Below are positions 1-7,950 of a stretch of DNA of 64,000 nucleotides, in pieces. The stretch is from Polyangiales bacterium (GTDB lineage Bacteria; Myxococcota_A; Polyangia; Polyangiales; Houyiibacteriaceae), in the NCBI GenBank assembly GCA_965227405.1, contig OZ245758.1:3124338-3188337 (forward strand). Reading direction: 5' to 3'. The notes beneath the pieces were generated by a model, which was not told where the DNA came from, searched no databases, and saw only the letters and a program-made list of their open reading frames with translations. The position numbers and the translations under genes were made by a program. The stretch's first letter is position 1. Each line of letters begins with the position of its first letter.

Positions 1-1337
1 GAGAGCCGCACATCACCGTCCTGCAGATCGACGATGAGCAGATCCGCGCGCATCTTGGAGTGCACCAGCTCGTTCCAGCGGTGAAAGTGCAACACGTCAA
101 AGCCCTCGGGCTGAAGCGCATCACGGACCAACTCGGCAATGTCGAGGTCGTGGTCGACCAACGCGACTTTCCACCGACGTGGGGATTCGGGCACGGCATC
201 CAAAATCGTGTCGCGCCCCGAGTCCTTCGCTGCGTAGAGCAACTCGTCGGCGGCATCGATCGCTTGGTCCAACGCCGCGTAAGGATCGAGCGCCGTGACA
301 CCCGCCGAGAAACTGATGCGTAGCTTCTTGGTGCTGATCGCCCGCGCTTTGAGTGCTTCGCGAAACTTCTCGAGCGCGATGCGAGCGCCGGCGGGGTTTG
401 TGTCGGGCAGGGTGATCGCAAACTCTTCACCACCCCAACGACCGAGCACGTCGGTTCCACGAAGCGTGTGCTGAAGCAGTTCGGCGAACTCGCGCAACAC
501 TTCGTCGCCCACCAAGTGGCCGTGCGTGTCGTTGACGCGCTTGAAGTGATCCAAGTCGATTAGGGCCAACGCGATGTTCATGCCGTTGCGGCGGGCCAAA
601 CTCGCAAGACGTTTGGTCTGTTCGAGATAGCCAGCACGGTTCGCGATTCCGGTCAGACCGTCAGTACGCGCTTGTCGCTCCATCTGCGCGTTGCGCCGGA
701 TGCTTGCGTCGACCGCAGCACGAAACAACGACGACTCGACCGGCTCTTCCAAGTAGCAATCGATGCCCAGTTCGAGCAGTCGCTCCAGTCGCTCTCGCGC
801 GGGGTGCTCGCTGACCACGATGACCGGCGTGTTTCGATGGCGGGGCGAGCGACGCATGCGTGCCAGCAGTGCGCTACACACCTGTCCGCCGATCATGTCA
901 CCAAGCACGATGACGTCGATGTCGTCGAGTTCGAGCAACTCGCGAAAGCGCTCCGAACTTCCGGTGTCGTGCACTTGCATCGCGCCGGTCATCGACTTCT
1001 TCCATGCCGCGCGCCGTTCGTCATCGCCTTGACCAAGCAAGACCTGCGGCGGCCGAGGCATGATCGAGGAGTGGCGAATCGCCGCTTCAATGGCGTCGAG
1101 AAGCCGGTCGACGTTGTCTTTGAGCGAGTCGTCGTCCGCAATCTCCACCGCGCGCGCGGCCTCGGTGATATCCGGGAACCCGTAACTCGCGGCAGCGCCA
1201 GCCAAGCGATGCGCTTCGAAGCGCAGCTCGCGACCGATCAAGGGATCCTGGCCAAGCCGCTGCCTGCCGCGGCGCAACGAATCGCGCTTGCGCGGAAGCG
1301 CCTGCACATACCGTCGCAGCAGCTTCTCGCTGACCAT
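1..1337 (-). CDS. Response-regulator/GGDEF diguanylate cyclase, 3' partial (C-terminus runs off the window start). Hpt-like region, then a receiver-like region, a GGDEF domain (GGEEF motif) and a second receiver-like region
   Basis: Minus-strand translation from ATG 1337..1335: MVSEKLLRRYVQ...TDGLTGIANRAGY...DHFKRVNDTHGH...LGRWGGEEFAITLPDT...AADELLYAAKDSGRDT. The 5' end (protein C-terminus) is not in the window. The + strand ORFs 60..323 and 672..1634 are antisense artefacts. Confidence 0.8.
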   Translation of the reverse strand, partial: MVSEKLLRRYVQALPRKRDSLRRGRQRLGQDPLIGRELRFEAHRLAGAAASYGFPDITEAARAVEIADDDSLKDNVDRLLDAIEAAIRHSSIMPRPPQVLLGQGDDERRAAWKKSMTGAMQVHDTGSSERFRELLELDDIDVIVLGDMIGGQVCSALLARMRRSPRHRNTPVIVVSEHPARERLERLLELGIDCYLEEPVESSLFRAAVDASIRRNAQMERQARTDGLTGIANRAGYLEQTKRLASLARRNGMNIALALIDLDHFKRVNDTHGHLVGDEVLREFAELLQHTLRGTDVLGRWGGEEFAITLPDTNPAGARIALEKFREALKARAISTKKLRISFSAGVTALDPYAALDQAIDAADELLYAAKDSGRDTILDAVPESPRRWKVALVDHDLDIAELVRDALQPEGFDVLHFHRWNELVHSKMRADLLIVDLQDGDVRL

Positions 1338-1380
1338 CCGCAGGAGCCTAGGGGGATCCTTGTCGGCCCGCTAGTCAGAG

Positions 1381-2646
1381 TTAGGGCGCGCGCCAGCTCT
1401 TCTCGGGTCGCTTGGGTTTTCGACCGATCTTCACCAACTGCTGTGGCTCGGCGACGGTATCGGGTGCATCCAAAGGCTCGAGCACGATTTCAAACGTGCC
1501 GTTATCAAACGGCCGACCATCGGCGGCTTCCCGTGCGACGAGTCGCTCCCGCAGACCTTCTTTTCGGCGCATGCGCGCACGGTGGTAGCAGTAGGGGTTG
1601 TTGCCGGGTCGTCCGAACACAGCGTGCGCGGTGAACGAACACCCACCCATGCACGTTTCGGCATACGCGCACTCGCGACAGTAGCCCCAAAGGTCATCCA
1701 CGGTTCGTTTGCGTGCGAACGCGAGTTCCGGCGAGCTGTCCCAGATGTCCTTCATGGAACGCTCTCGAAGTTTGCCGCCTACGTACGAGGTGCTTTGCAA
1801 CGAGGGGCAGCCCTTGACCCCACCATCCGACTCGATGCCCATGACGAACTTCCCAGCTTGGCAGCCCTGCCAGTGATCCTGTCCGTCGGGTTTGGGTGAC
1901 CGAATGATCGCTTCCTCGGGACCGAAGTACCCCAGGTTGTTTCCCGGCAAGATCCGAATGCCGTGTTTCCACGCGCGCTTCTTGAGTTCCGCAATGCGTG
2001 GAACCAAGTCCAACAGGTCCCAGGGTTGCAGCAGCATGTCGGGTCGATCGGCAGCGCGTCCTAGCGGCGATGTGATTTGGATCTGCCACGCCTTGATGCC
2101 CGCATCGCGCAGCTTCTCGAAGAGGTCTTCGATGTCGCCTCGGTTGACGCGGTTGATGTTGATGTTGGACGCAGTCGTGATCCCCGCGTCGCGAAAGTGA
2201 CCAAGCGCGGCGAACGCACCCTTCCAACTGCCCTTGCGTGCGCGAATCTTGTCGTGGCTCGGTTCAAGTCCGTCGATGCTCACGCTGACCAGTTGAAGTC
2301 CGGCCTTCTTCATGTCGCGTGCGAGTTCGGCGGTGATGCCAAGCCCACCGGTGGTCATGGTCGGGCGGATACCCGCGGCCGCGAGTGCGGCGATGATCTC
2401 AAGAAACCCGTCGTGCAGGTACGCTTCGCCGCCGATCAGTACAACCTCGCGTGCGCCCATTTCGTCGAGCTGAGCGACCACGTCCAACGCTTCGGACGTG
2501 GTCAGCTCATCAGCGCGGTGACCGCCGGCACGTGAACCGCAATGGCGGCACGCGTGGTCGCACGCGAGTGTCAGCTCCCACACCACGTATGCGGGATGCT
2601 GACCCTCGTGAACGACATCCAGTCGTCGGCCGCCGCGCTTCTTCAC
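1381..2646 (-). CDS. Radical SAM enzyme with C-terminal SPASM-type auxiliary Cys cluster (peptide/protein-modifying maturase class)
   Basis: GTG start (MKKRGG). CX3CX2C radical-SAM motif WELTLACDHACRHCGS. C-terminal Cys-rich region GYCRECAYAETCMGGCSF. Stop of the upstream small gene lies 5 nt before the start. Confidence 0.85.
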   Translation of the reverse strand: MKKRGGRRLDVVHEGQHPAYVVWELTLACDHACRHCGSRAGGHRADELTTSEALDVVAQLDEMGAREVVLIGGEAYLHDGFLEIIAALAAAGIRPTMTTGGLGITAELARDMKKAGLQLVSVSIDGLEPSHDKIRARKGSWKGAFAALGHFRDAGITTASNININRVNRGDIEDLFEKLRDAGIKAWQIQITSPLGRAADRPDMLLQPWDLLDLVPRIAELKKRAWKHGIRILPGNNLGYFGPEEAIIRSPKPDGQDHWQGCQAGKFVMGIESDGGVKGCPSLQSTSYVGGKLRERSMKDIWDSSPELAFARKRTVDDLWGYCRECAYAETCMGGCSFTAHAVFGRPGNNPYCYHRARMRRKEGLRERLVAREAADGRPFDNGTFEIVLEPLDAPDTVAEPQQLVKIGRKPKRPEKSWRAP

Positions 2647-2651
2647 GCTGT

Positions 2652-3008
2652 CTACGATCCGGCGTCGCCGGCGTATCCGTCAACCCCGTCGCAGTTCTGG
2701 TCTTCACCATCGCCGAGTTCATCGAACGCGAACGCATTCGTCGATGCAGACGACTCGTCGCAGTCCCACTCGCCGCAGTAACCGTCGCCGTCCAGATCGG
2801 ATGAGGGGTCATCGCAGTACATGCCACCATCGGGATCGATCGGATCGATCGGGACGCCGTAGCAAGCTGCGAGCGTGACCGCGGCCGCGCCCGTCGCAGC
2901 GACGTTCATCAACTTGCGCACGAAGCCCGTCTTCTTGGGCAGTGCATGGCCGCACTCCGGACAGATGTGACCAGGAACAAACGACTCGCAACACGGACAG
3001 CTCTTCAT
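2652..3008 (-). CDS. Small zinc-ribbon / single-TM / acidic Cys-containing protein (paralog A). Candidate substrate of the adjacent radical SAM enzyme
   Basis: MKSCPCCESFVPGHICPECGH (zinc ribbon), TM segment ...AATGAAAVTLAACYG, then an Asp-rich tail with DLDGDGYCGEWDCDES and NCDGVD. GGAGG Shine-Dalgarno 3 nt upstream of the ATG. Confidence 0.55.
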   Translation of the reverse strand: MKSCPCCESFVPGHICPECGHALPKKTGFVRKLMNVAATGAAAVTLAACYGVPIDPIDPDGGMYCDDPSSDLDGDGYCGEWDCDESSASTNAFAFDELGDGEDQNCDGVDGYAGDAGS

Positions 3009-3135
3009 GACTCCTCCAACTCAAACACCCAGACACGGAGGTACTTTGCAAAGCCTTTGCCACCGAAATTCCAGCGATCAAGGCCGATCAGGCACACGCT
3101 GGCACAAGGCACAGCGAGAGTGAGAACAGCGGTTG

Positions 3136-3396
3136 TCAGTGTACGTCCGGGTTGGATTCGTCGGTGTCGTACTGACCGCACCACCCATCCCCGTCTTGAT
3201 CGAGGCTGCTGTCTTCACAGACCGGCTGTTCAGCCATCTCGGGTTCTGGATATGCGGCGCCGTAGCACGCGGCCAGGGTGATCACGGAGATCGCACCGAG
3301 TGCTGCGTTTTTGAATCGACGACGCGGTCGGATCACGGCTCCGCATTCGGGACACCGGGTCGAAGGAACAAACGCACCGCACTTGCATCGATTCAT
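3136..3396 (-). CDS. Small zinc-ribbon / single-TM / acidic Cys-containing protein (paralog B)
   Basis: Internal start of ORF 3136..3774: MNRCKCGAFVPSTRCPECG, then TM ...GAISVITLAACYG, then DQDGDGWCGQYDTDES. Shares the LAACYG and DxDGDG[YW]CG[EQ][WY]DxDES blocks with paralog A. Confidence 0.5.
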   Translation of the reverse strand: MNRCKCGAFVPSTRCPECGAVIRPRRRFKNAALGAISVITLAACYGAAYPEPEMAEQPVCEDSSLDQDGDGWCGQYDTDESNPDVH

Positions 3397-3432
3397 AGCC
3401 GCAGGATACCCGATCGATCGTAGGCTGCGGCG

Positions 3433-4326
3433 ATGGCGAAGAAGAAGAACATGCTTCCCGTGGCGAGTCCCTATCTCGTTCCCTTCGATGGGAGCTGGAA
3501 GATCGGTAAATCCTCGCAGCAACCGCCCAAAGGCGCGCCTTCTGGAAAGAAGGGCAAGAAAGAGAACCGCAAGGTACTCGAGGGGATCGTGGACGAGATC
3601 TACGAGCTGCAGCGCATGTTCTACGCACACGATCGCTTCTCGATGCTGCTCGTGTTCCAAGCGATGGATGCGGCGGGTAAGGACGGCACGATTCGGGCTG
3701 TGATGACCGGCATCAACCCAGCGGGTTGTCAGGTGCAAACGTTCAAGCGTCCGAGTACCGAAGAGCTCGACCACGACTTTTTGTGGCGGGTCGCGCGCAA
3801 GCTACCAGAGCGAGGGCGAATCGGGATCTTCAACCGCAGTCACTACGAGGAAGTCCTCGTGGTGAAGGTGAACCCGAAGATTCTCGAGTACCAGAAGCTG
3901 CCGAAGATTCATGAAGACGTGTGGCAGCGTCGGTACGACGCGATTCGGAACTTCGAGAAGCACTTGGCCGACAACGGCACAGTGATCGTGAAGTTCTTTT
4001 TGAATGTGTCGAAGGAAGAGCAGAAGGATCGTTTGCTCGCGCGCATTGATGATGAGCGGAAGAACTGGAAGTTCGAGTCCGGAGACCTGGACGTACGCGA
4101 TCAGTGGGATTCGTACATGAAGGCGTATCAGAAGGCGTTGAACGCGACGTCTCGACCCTGGGCGCCGTGGTACGCGATTCCTGCTGACGACAAACCGTTC
4201 ATGCGAGCAACGGTGGCAGGAGTGGTACGGGATACCTTGGCCGCGTTGCCCTTGAAGTACCCGGAGTTGGACGCGAAGCAGAAAGCGCAACTTGCGGAGC
4301 ATCGCGCGCGGCTCGAAGCGAGTTGA
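3433..4326 (+). CDS. ppk2: Polyphosphate kinase 2 (PPK2) family nucleotide phosphotransferase
   Basis: PPK2 hallmarks: LLVFQAMDAAGKDGT (Walker A-like) and GIFNRSHYEEV. About 297 aa. Confidence 0.85.
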   Translation: MAKKKNMLPVASPYLVPFDGSWKIGKSSQQPPKGAPSGKKGKKENRKVLEGIVDEIYELQRMFYAHDRFSMLLVFQAMDAAGKDGTIRAVMTGINPAGCQVQTFKRPSTEELDHDFLWRVARKLPERGRIGIFNRSHYEEVLVVKVNPKILEYQKLPKIHEDVWQRRYDAIRNFEKHLADNGTVIVKFFLNVSKEEQKDRLLARIDDERKNWKFESGDLDVRDQWDSYMKAYQKALNATSRPWAPWYAIPADDKPFMRATVAGVVRDTLAALPLKYPELDAKQKAQLAEHRARLEAS

Positions 4327-4456
4327 ACGAGAAGCGCGACAAGGAAGAGTTTCGTAAGGACGTTCGCTTAGTGGCGATCAGCCTAGGTTGTGCCGCGTTG
4401 TTGTTGGCGATTGTGATGATCGGAATAGCGATCCTGGGAACGCGCGGTGGTTAGCC

Positions 4457-4771
4457 ATGGATGAACGTGCGCAACTTCTCGAAAAGCTACGTCAGCGTGG
4501 TTTGGAGATCAGAGACGGCTATCTCCCGGCGCAAAACGGCTTCATGGTGACCGACCCCAGCACGTTCGAGAGTGTCACGCTGGTCTCGGATGTCGGTTTC
4601 GTGCAGGTGTACGAGGTCGACGACGGGTGGGAGTGCAGAGTGACTCAGCACGGCGGTCCGCATTGGATACACGCCGCGAATTCACTTGCCGAGATCGAAG
4701 CGATCGTCGCGGAATTCTTCAGCGACCCTCAACGACCTCCGAAGGGCGACGGGTGGATCGTCGACGAATAG
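4457..4771 (+). CDS. Hypothetical small cytoplasmic protein
   Basis: Internal ATG of ORF 4388..4771 (MDERAQLLEKL...). No recognisable motifs. Confidence 0.35.
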   Translation: MDERAQLLEKLRQRGLEIRDGYLPAQNGFMVTDPSTFESVTLVSDVGFVQVYEVDDGWECRVTQHGGPHWIHAANSLAEIEAIVAEFFSDPQRPPKGDGWIVDE

Positions 4772-4789
4772 TTTCGCGGGTCGGTGATG

Positions 4790-4895
4790 GCCAACATTTT
4801 TGCCGGAAGTACGGGAAGGCTGGAAGGCGGGAAGGATGCCAAACCTTCCCGCCTTCCAGCCTTCTCGTACTTCCGGTAAAAAAATGGTCTCCCCG
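4790..4895. repeat. Palindromic MITE/REP-like intergenic element, copy 1 (33-bp stem with 32/33 complementarity, short loop, outer T-run/A-run)
   Basis: catttttgCCGGAAGTACGGGAAGGCTGGAAGGCGGGAAGGatgccaaaCCTTCCCGCCTTCCAGCCTTCTCGTACTTCCGGtaaaaaaatg. Lies between convergent genes. Confidence 0.65.
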
Positions 4896-4959
4896 CCAAC
4901 CACTTGACCGTCTTCGTCGCCTTGAAGTCTTCGAAAAACTAAATGGTCTACCCCGAGGA

Positions 4960-5835
4960 TCAGCGCTTCATCCGCGCCACGTGACGAATGATCGAACCCG
5001 CGACATCCAGTCGCGTCGTCCTTTCGATCCCTTCAAGACCCGGCGAACTGTTGATCTCCACCACCAAGGGACCGCGCTTGCTCTGAAGGATATCCACGCC
5101 CGCAACGCGCAGACCCACAGCCTCTGCCGCTCGAATCGCCACGTCCTTCTCTTCTGCGCTCAACTTCACAATGTCCGCCGTCCCGCCGCGATGCAGGTTG
5201 GATCGAAACTCACCCGCCTGCGCCTGACGTCGCATCGCCGCCACCACGCGCGTTCCCACCACGATGCACCGCAGGTCTGCGCCCGATGACTCTTCGATGA
5301 ACTCCTGCACCAACACGCCACTCGCCAAGTCGCGAAACGCTTCGATCGAAGACTCCGCAGCGTTCTGAGTCTCGCAAAGCACCACGCCGATGCCCTGCGT
5401 ACCCTTGATCACTTTTACAACCACCGGCGGTCCACCCACCGCGCGTACCAAGTCACCCGCATGAACCAGGGGACCTCGCCCGTACACCGTTGCAGGTACC
5501 GGCACACCCGCTTCTTCCAGAATCTGAAGACTCAGCATCTTGTCGCGTGATCGCAGGATTCCGTCCGAACTCACCGGCGTGAGCTTGCCCATCCGCTCGA
5601 GCTGACGAACCAGCGCAATTCCAAAGTGCGTCGCTGAAGCACCGATGCGTGGAATGAAGGCGTCGAGGTCGTCGTACGCGCGTCCTTGAAACGAAACCGG
5701 TGCAGGACCCGCGACACCCACGTGGCACTGCATGTAGTCAATGACGGAAACCTTGTGTCCTGCGCGACGACCGGCGTCGACGAGTCGGCGCGTCGAGTAG
5801 AGATCGATGCTCTGGCTGAGAACGGCGATCCGCAT
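4960..5835 (-). CDS. rimK: RimK-family ATP-grasp ligase (ribosomal protein S6 modification / alpha-L-glutamate ligase-like)
   Basis: Start MRIAVLSQSIDLYSTRRL. ATP-grasp blocks ...VVVKVIKGTQGIGVVLCE...VVEINSSPGLEG. The Ala/Ser/Gly-rich N-extension in the ORF track is the mirror of the opposite-strand repeat and is unlikely to be translated. Confidence 0.8.
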   Translation of the reverse strand: MRIAVLSQSIDLYSTRRLVDAGRRAGHKVSVIDYMQCHVGVAGPAPVSFQGRAYDDLDAFIPRIGASATHFGIALVRQLERMGKLTPVSSDGILRSRDKMLSLQILEEAGVPVPATVYGRGPLVHAGDLVRAVGGPPVVVKVIKGTQGIGVVLCETQNAAESSIEAFRDLASGVLVQEFIEESSGADLRCIVVGTRVVAAMRRQAQAGEFRSNLHRGGTADIVKLSAEEKDVAIRAAEAVGLRVAGVDILQSKRGPLVVEINSSPGLEGIERTTRLDVAGSIIRHVARMKR

Positions 5836-5854
5836 GCGAGCGAGCAGAGGTACC

Positions 5855-6742
5855 ATGCCTGCCATGCGGGTGGCATGCGTGATCGCGATGTTGTGGGGGG
5901 CTGGGTTGGTGCACGCACAAGCACCAGCCGAGAGCGAGGCCGAATCGGGTGCGAACCAGGTTGCGGCGCAGCCCGAAGAACCGGTGTCCGAACCCGAACC
6001 CGAACCCGAACCCGCACCCGAAGCCGAGGCCGAAGCTGAACCCGAAGCCGAAGCCGAGGCCGAAGCCGGAGTCGGACGCGAAGCTGCACCCGAAGCTGAT
6101 GCGGCGCCTTCGCCTCGCGAGACTGCGGCGCGGCAACCTGGTGAAGGCCCGCGCATGGAAGACCAAGTCCAAGCCGAGCCCGAAGAAGCAGAAGAAGAGG
6201 AAGACCGCTTTCGACTCTTCTACTTAGAGATCTCAGCGGGCTACGTGTGGTCGAACCTCGGTGTCATCAAGAACGAGAACTTCGTTCCCGACATTCAGAA
6301 GATCGAAGGAAGCGGCTACGGCTTTGGCGCGGGCGCAGGCTTCTTCATCTCGTTTCTCACGTTGGGCATCCAAGCCGAGTGGGCGCGGCACGGCGCGTTT
6401 GATCTCGGTACGGTGACCTTGGACTTGGGGATCCGTCTCCCAACACCTCATCTCGAACCCTACTTGCGAGCGGGCATTGGCTACGCGTGGTTGTCGAACT
6501 TGGACAACTTTCAAGAAGAGGGGGACGCCGCGATTCGAGGTGTGGCCGTCGATATTGGTTTGGGCTTTGACTACATGATCTCGCCGCTTGTGGCGGTTGG
6601 CATCGGTGGCGACGTATCGCTGTTCAACGTGCGTCGAAAAGGGGTGAGCGGCCGGCCGACCACGGACATCGTGCTGGAAGACGATGGCGATGCGATCGGG
6701 ATCCAGGTGAGCGCACTCTTGCAGCTCAACCTGCACTTTTAG
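5855..6742 (+). CDS. Secreted protein: signal peptide, Pro/Glu/Ala-rich low-complexity linker, and C-terminal beta-barrel-like outer-membrane domain
   Basis: MPAMRVACVIAMLWGAGLVHAQA signal, (EP)n/(EA)n tract, then FYLEISAGYVWSNLG...GFGAGAGFFISF alternating aromatic/Gly beta-strand pattern. Start could be 5855 or 5864. Confidence 0.55.
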   Translation: MPAMRVACVIAMLWGAGLVHAQAPAESEAESGANQVAAQPEEPVSEPEPEPEPAPEAEAEAEPEAEAEAEAGVGREAAPEADAAPSPRETAARQPGEGPRMEDQVQAEPEEAEEEEDRFRLFYLEISAGYVWSNLGVIKNENFVPDIQKIEGSGYGFGAGAGFFISFLTLGIQAEWARHGAFDLGTVTLDLGIRLPTPHLEPYLRAGIGYAWLSNLDNFQEEGDAAIRGVAVDIGLGFDYMISPLVAVGIGGDVSLFNVRRKGVSGRPTTDIVLEDDGDAIGIQVSALLQLNLHF

Positions 6743-7950
6743 CGAGGACTGCAGCGGAGCCATACATCTCCACACAGCACGCGCGACCCAACAACTTGGG
6801 AGCCGGTGGAGGTCACGCTTGTCCACGTCGCCATCACGGTGCCGTCATCCGCAACAGCAACCTGTACCTCGTCGCCATCTCCTGCGCCCAGATCGAGCGT
6901 GTGGACTCGGTCGCCAGTGCTGCCATGGATGAACGCCAGTCGTACAAGCGGCTCGGGACTTCCGGGCGGGCTGCCACGATACCCGACCACATACCCACCG
7001 AGGTACGTGCCGACACGAGCAACGCGTGCACCGAGTTCACCAACCGCATTGATGCGCAGTTCCGCTCCACGAGGCACACCCGTCGAGTCGAGACGAATCG
7101 CGTAGAGTTGCTCCTCACCCGTCGCTCCACTCTCGAATACGACGAGTCCTCCGTCCTCATGGAATGAGAGATCCACCGAACCAGTTGCGGGGTGGTTTGT
7201 TTCGACCCGGGTGGTCCCCTCCATGAGTCCTTCGCCATCAACTCGACCGATCTGCAAAGCGTCGCCCGACCGCCATGCGAGGATCGCGTACCCGGAGCGG
7301 CCGACAATCGCAGGCGCTTCGAGTTCCACGTTGTTGGCGATCACCACGCTCGCAGACGGAGCGTCCCCCCAGAAGCGTCCGTGCAACTGAGTTGTCGTCG
7401 CGCTGAGTTCGATCCATGTGACAAACCAGTTGTCCTCAACTCGGTCGACAGCGGGCAGGATTTGCGTACCGGACGAGTCGGCGATTCGCTGCTGGGCTCC
7501 GGAGGGCTCCATGCCATCCACGCGTCGTCCCACGACCTGAAAGCGTCCGTCCACTTCCTCGGTCCAAACCACGAGCCCATCACTCACGGCGGAAGAGTCG
7601 ACTACCGAACCCACGGACGAGAGCTGTGCGCTCGTCATCTCTTCACCTTCGCGCTCGACTTGTGCGGCGAAGACACCATCCTCGCGCGACCAGCTCACCA
7701 CAAAGCGCGATCCTCCGTGAACGTCGGTACGTCCGATCCCGACAGCTTCTTCAGGAGCGAGTTCAAAGTAGTCCGGTACACACGTGCCAAGCGGACCGGA
7801 GTCCGGGTTTGCAACTGTCGGACCCGAGTCAGGCACAGGCCGATCAGGCCTCATAAAGTTGGCGTCGAAGAGCGTGGTGGGCGGTGGGGGTGCAGACTCG
7901 CCGCATGCGCAGAGAATCGCGCAGACAACGGCACTATTCTTCCGGAACAC
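6739..7950 (-). CDS. Secreted lipoprotein, hypothetical (beta-rich)
   Basis: MFRKNSAVVCAILCACGES lipobox. Overlaps the upstream giant gene by 17 bp. Confidence 0.55.
   Translation of the reverse strand: MFRKNSAVVCAILCACGESAPPPPTTLFDANFMRPDRPVPDSGPTVANPDSGPLGTCVPDYFELAPEEAVGIGRTDVHGGSRFVVSWSREDGVFAAQVEREGEEMTSAQLSSVGSVVDSSAVSDGLVVWTEEVDGRFQVVGRRVDGMEPSGAQQRIADSSGTQILPAVDRVEDNWFVTWIELSATTTQLHGRFWGDAPSASVVIANNVELEAPAIVGRSGYAILAWRSGDALQIGRVDGEGLMEGTTRVETNHPATGSVDLSFHEDGGLVVFESGATGEEQLYAIRLDSTGVPRGAELRINAVGELGARVARVGTYLGGYVVGYRGSPPGSPEPLVRLAFIHGSTGDRVHTLDLGAGDGDEVQVAVADDGTVMATWTSVTSTGSQVVGSRVLCGDVWLRCSPR

Noticed and set aside
60-1634. Plus-strand ORFs 60..323, 672..1634 and 763..1032 overlapping the GGDEF gene
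   Set aside because: Antisense open frames typical of high-GC DNA. The minus strand gives a coherent GGDEF/receiver protein with GGEEF and RxxD-type motifs. The plus-strand translations are Arg/Ala-rich with no motifs.
4790-4895. Considered calling the palindromic elements simple rho-independent terminators
   Set aside because: On both strands the T-run precedes and the A-run follows the stem, and the same 105-bp sequence recurs at three loci. It fits a dispersed repeat family better than individual terminators. A terminator role is kept only as a possibility.
5571-6227. Minus-strand ORFs encoding GFGLGFGFG... / RLRLRPRL... and plus ORF 5949..6227 (PNPNPNPHPKP)
   Set aside because: Alternative-frame and mirror translations of the hexanucleotide (EP)n repeat inside the + strand outer-membrane-like gene, so not independent genes.
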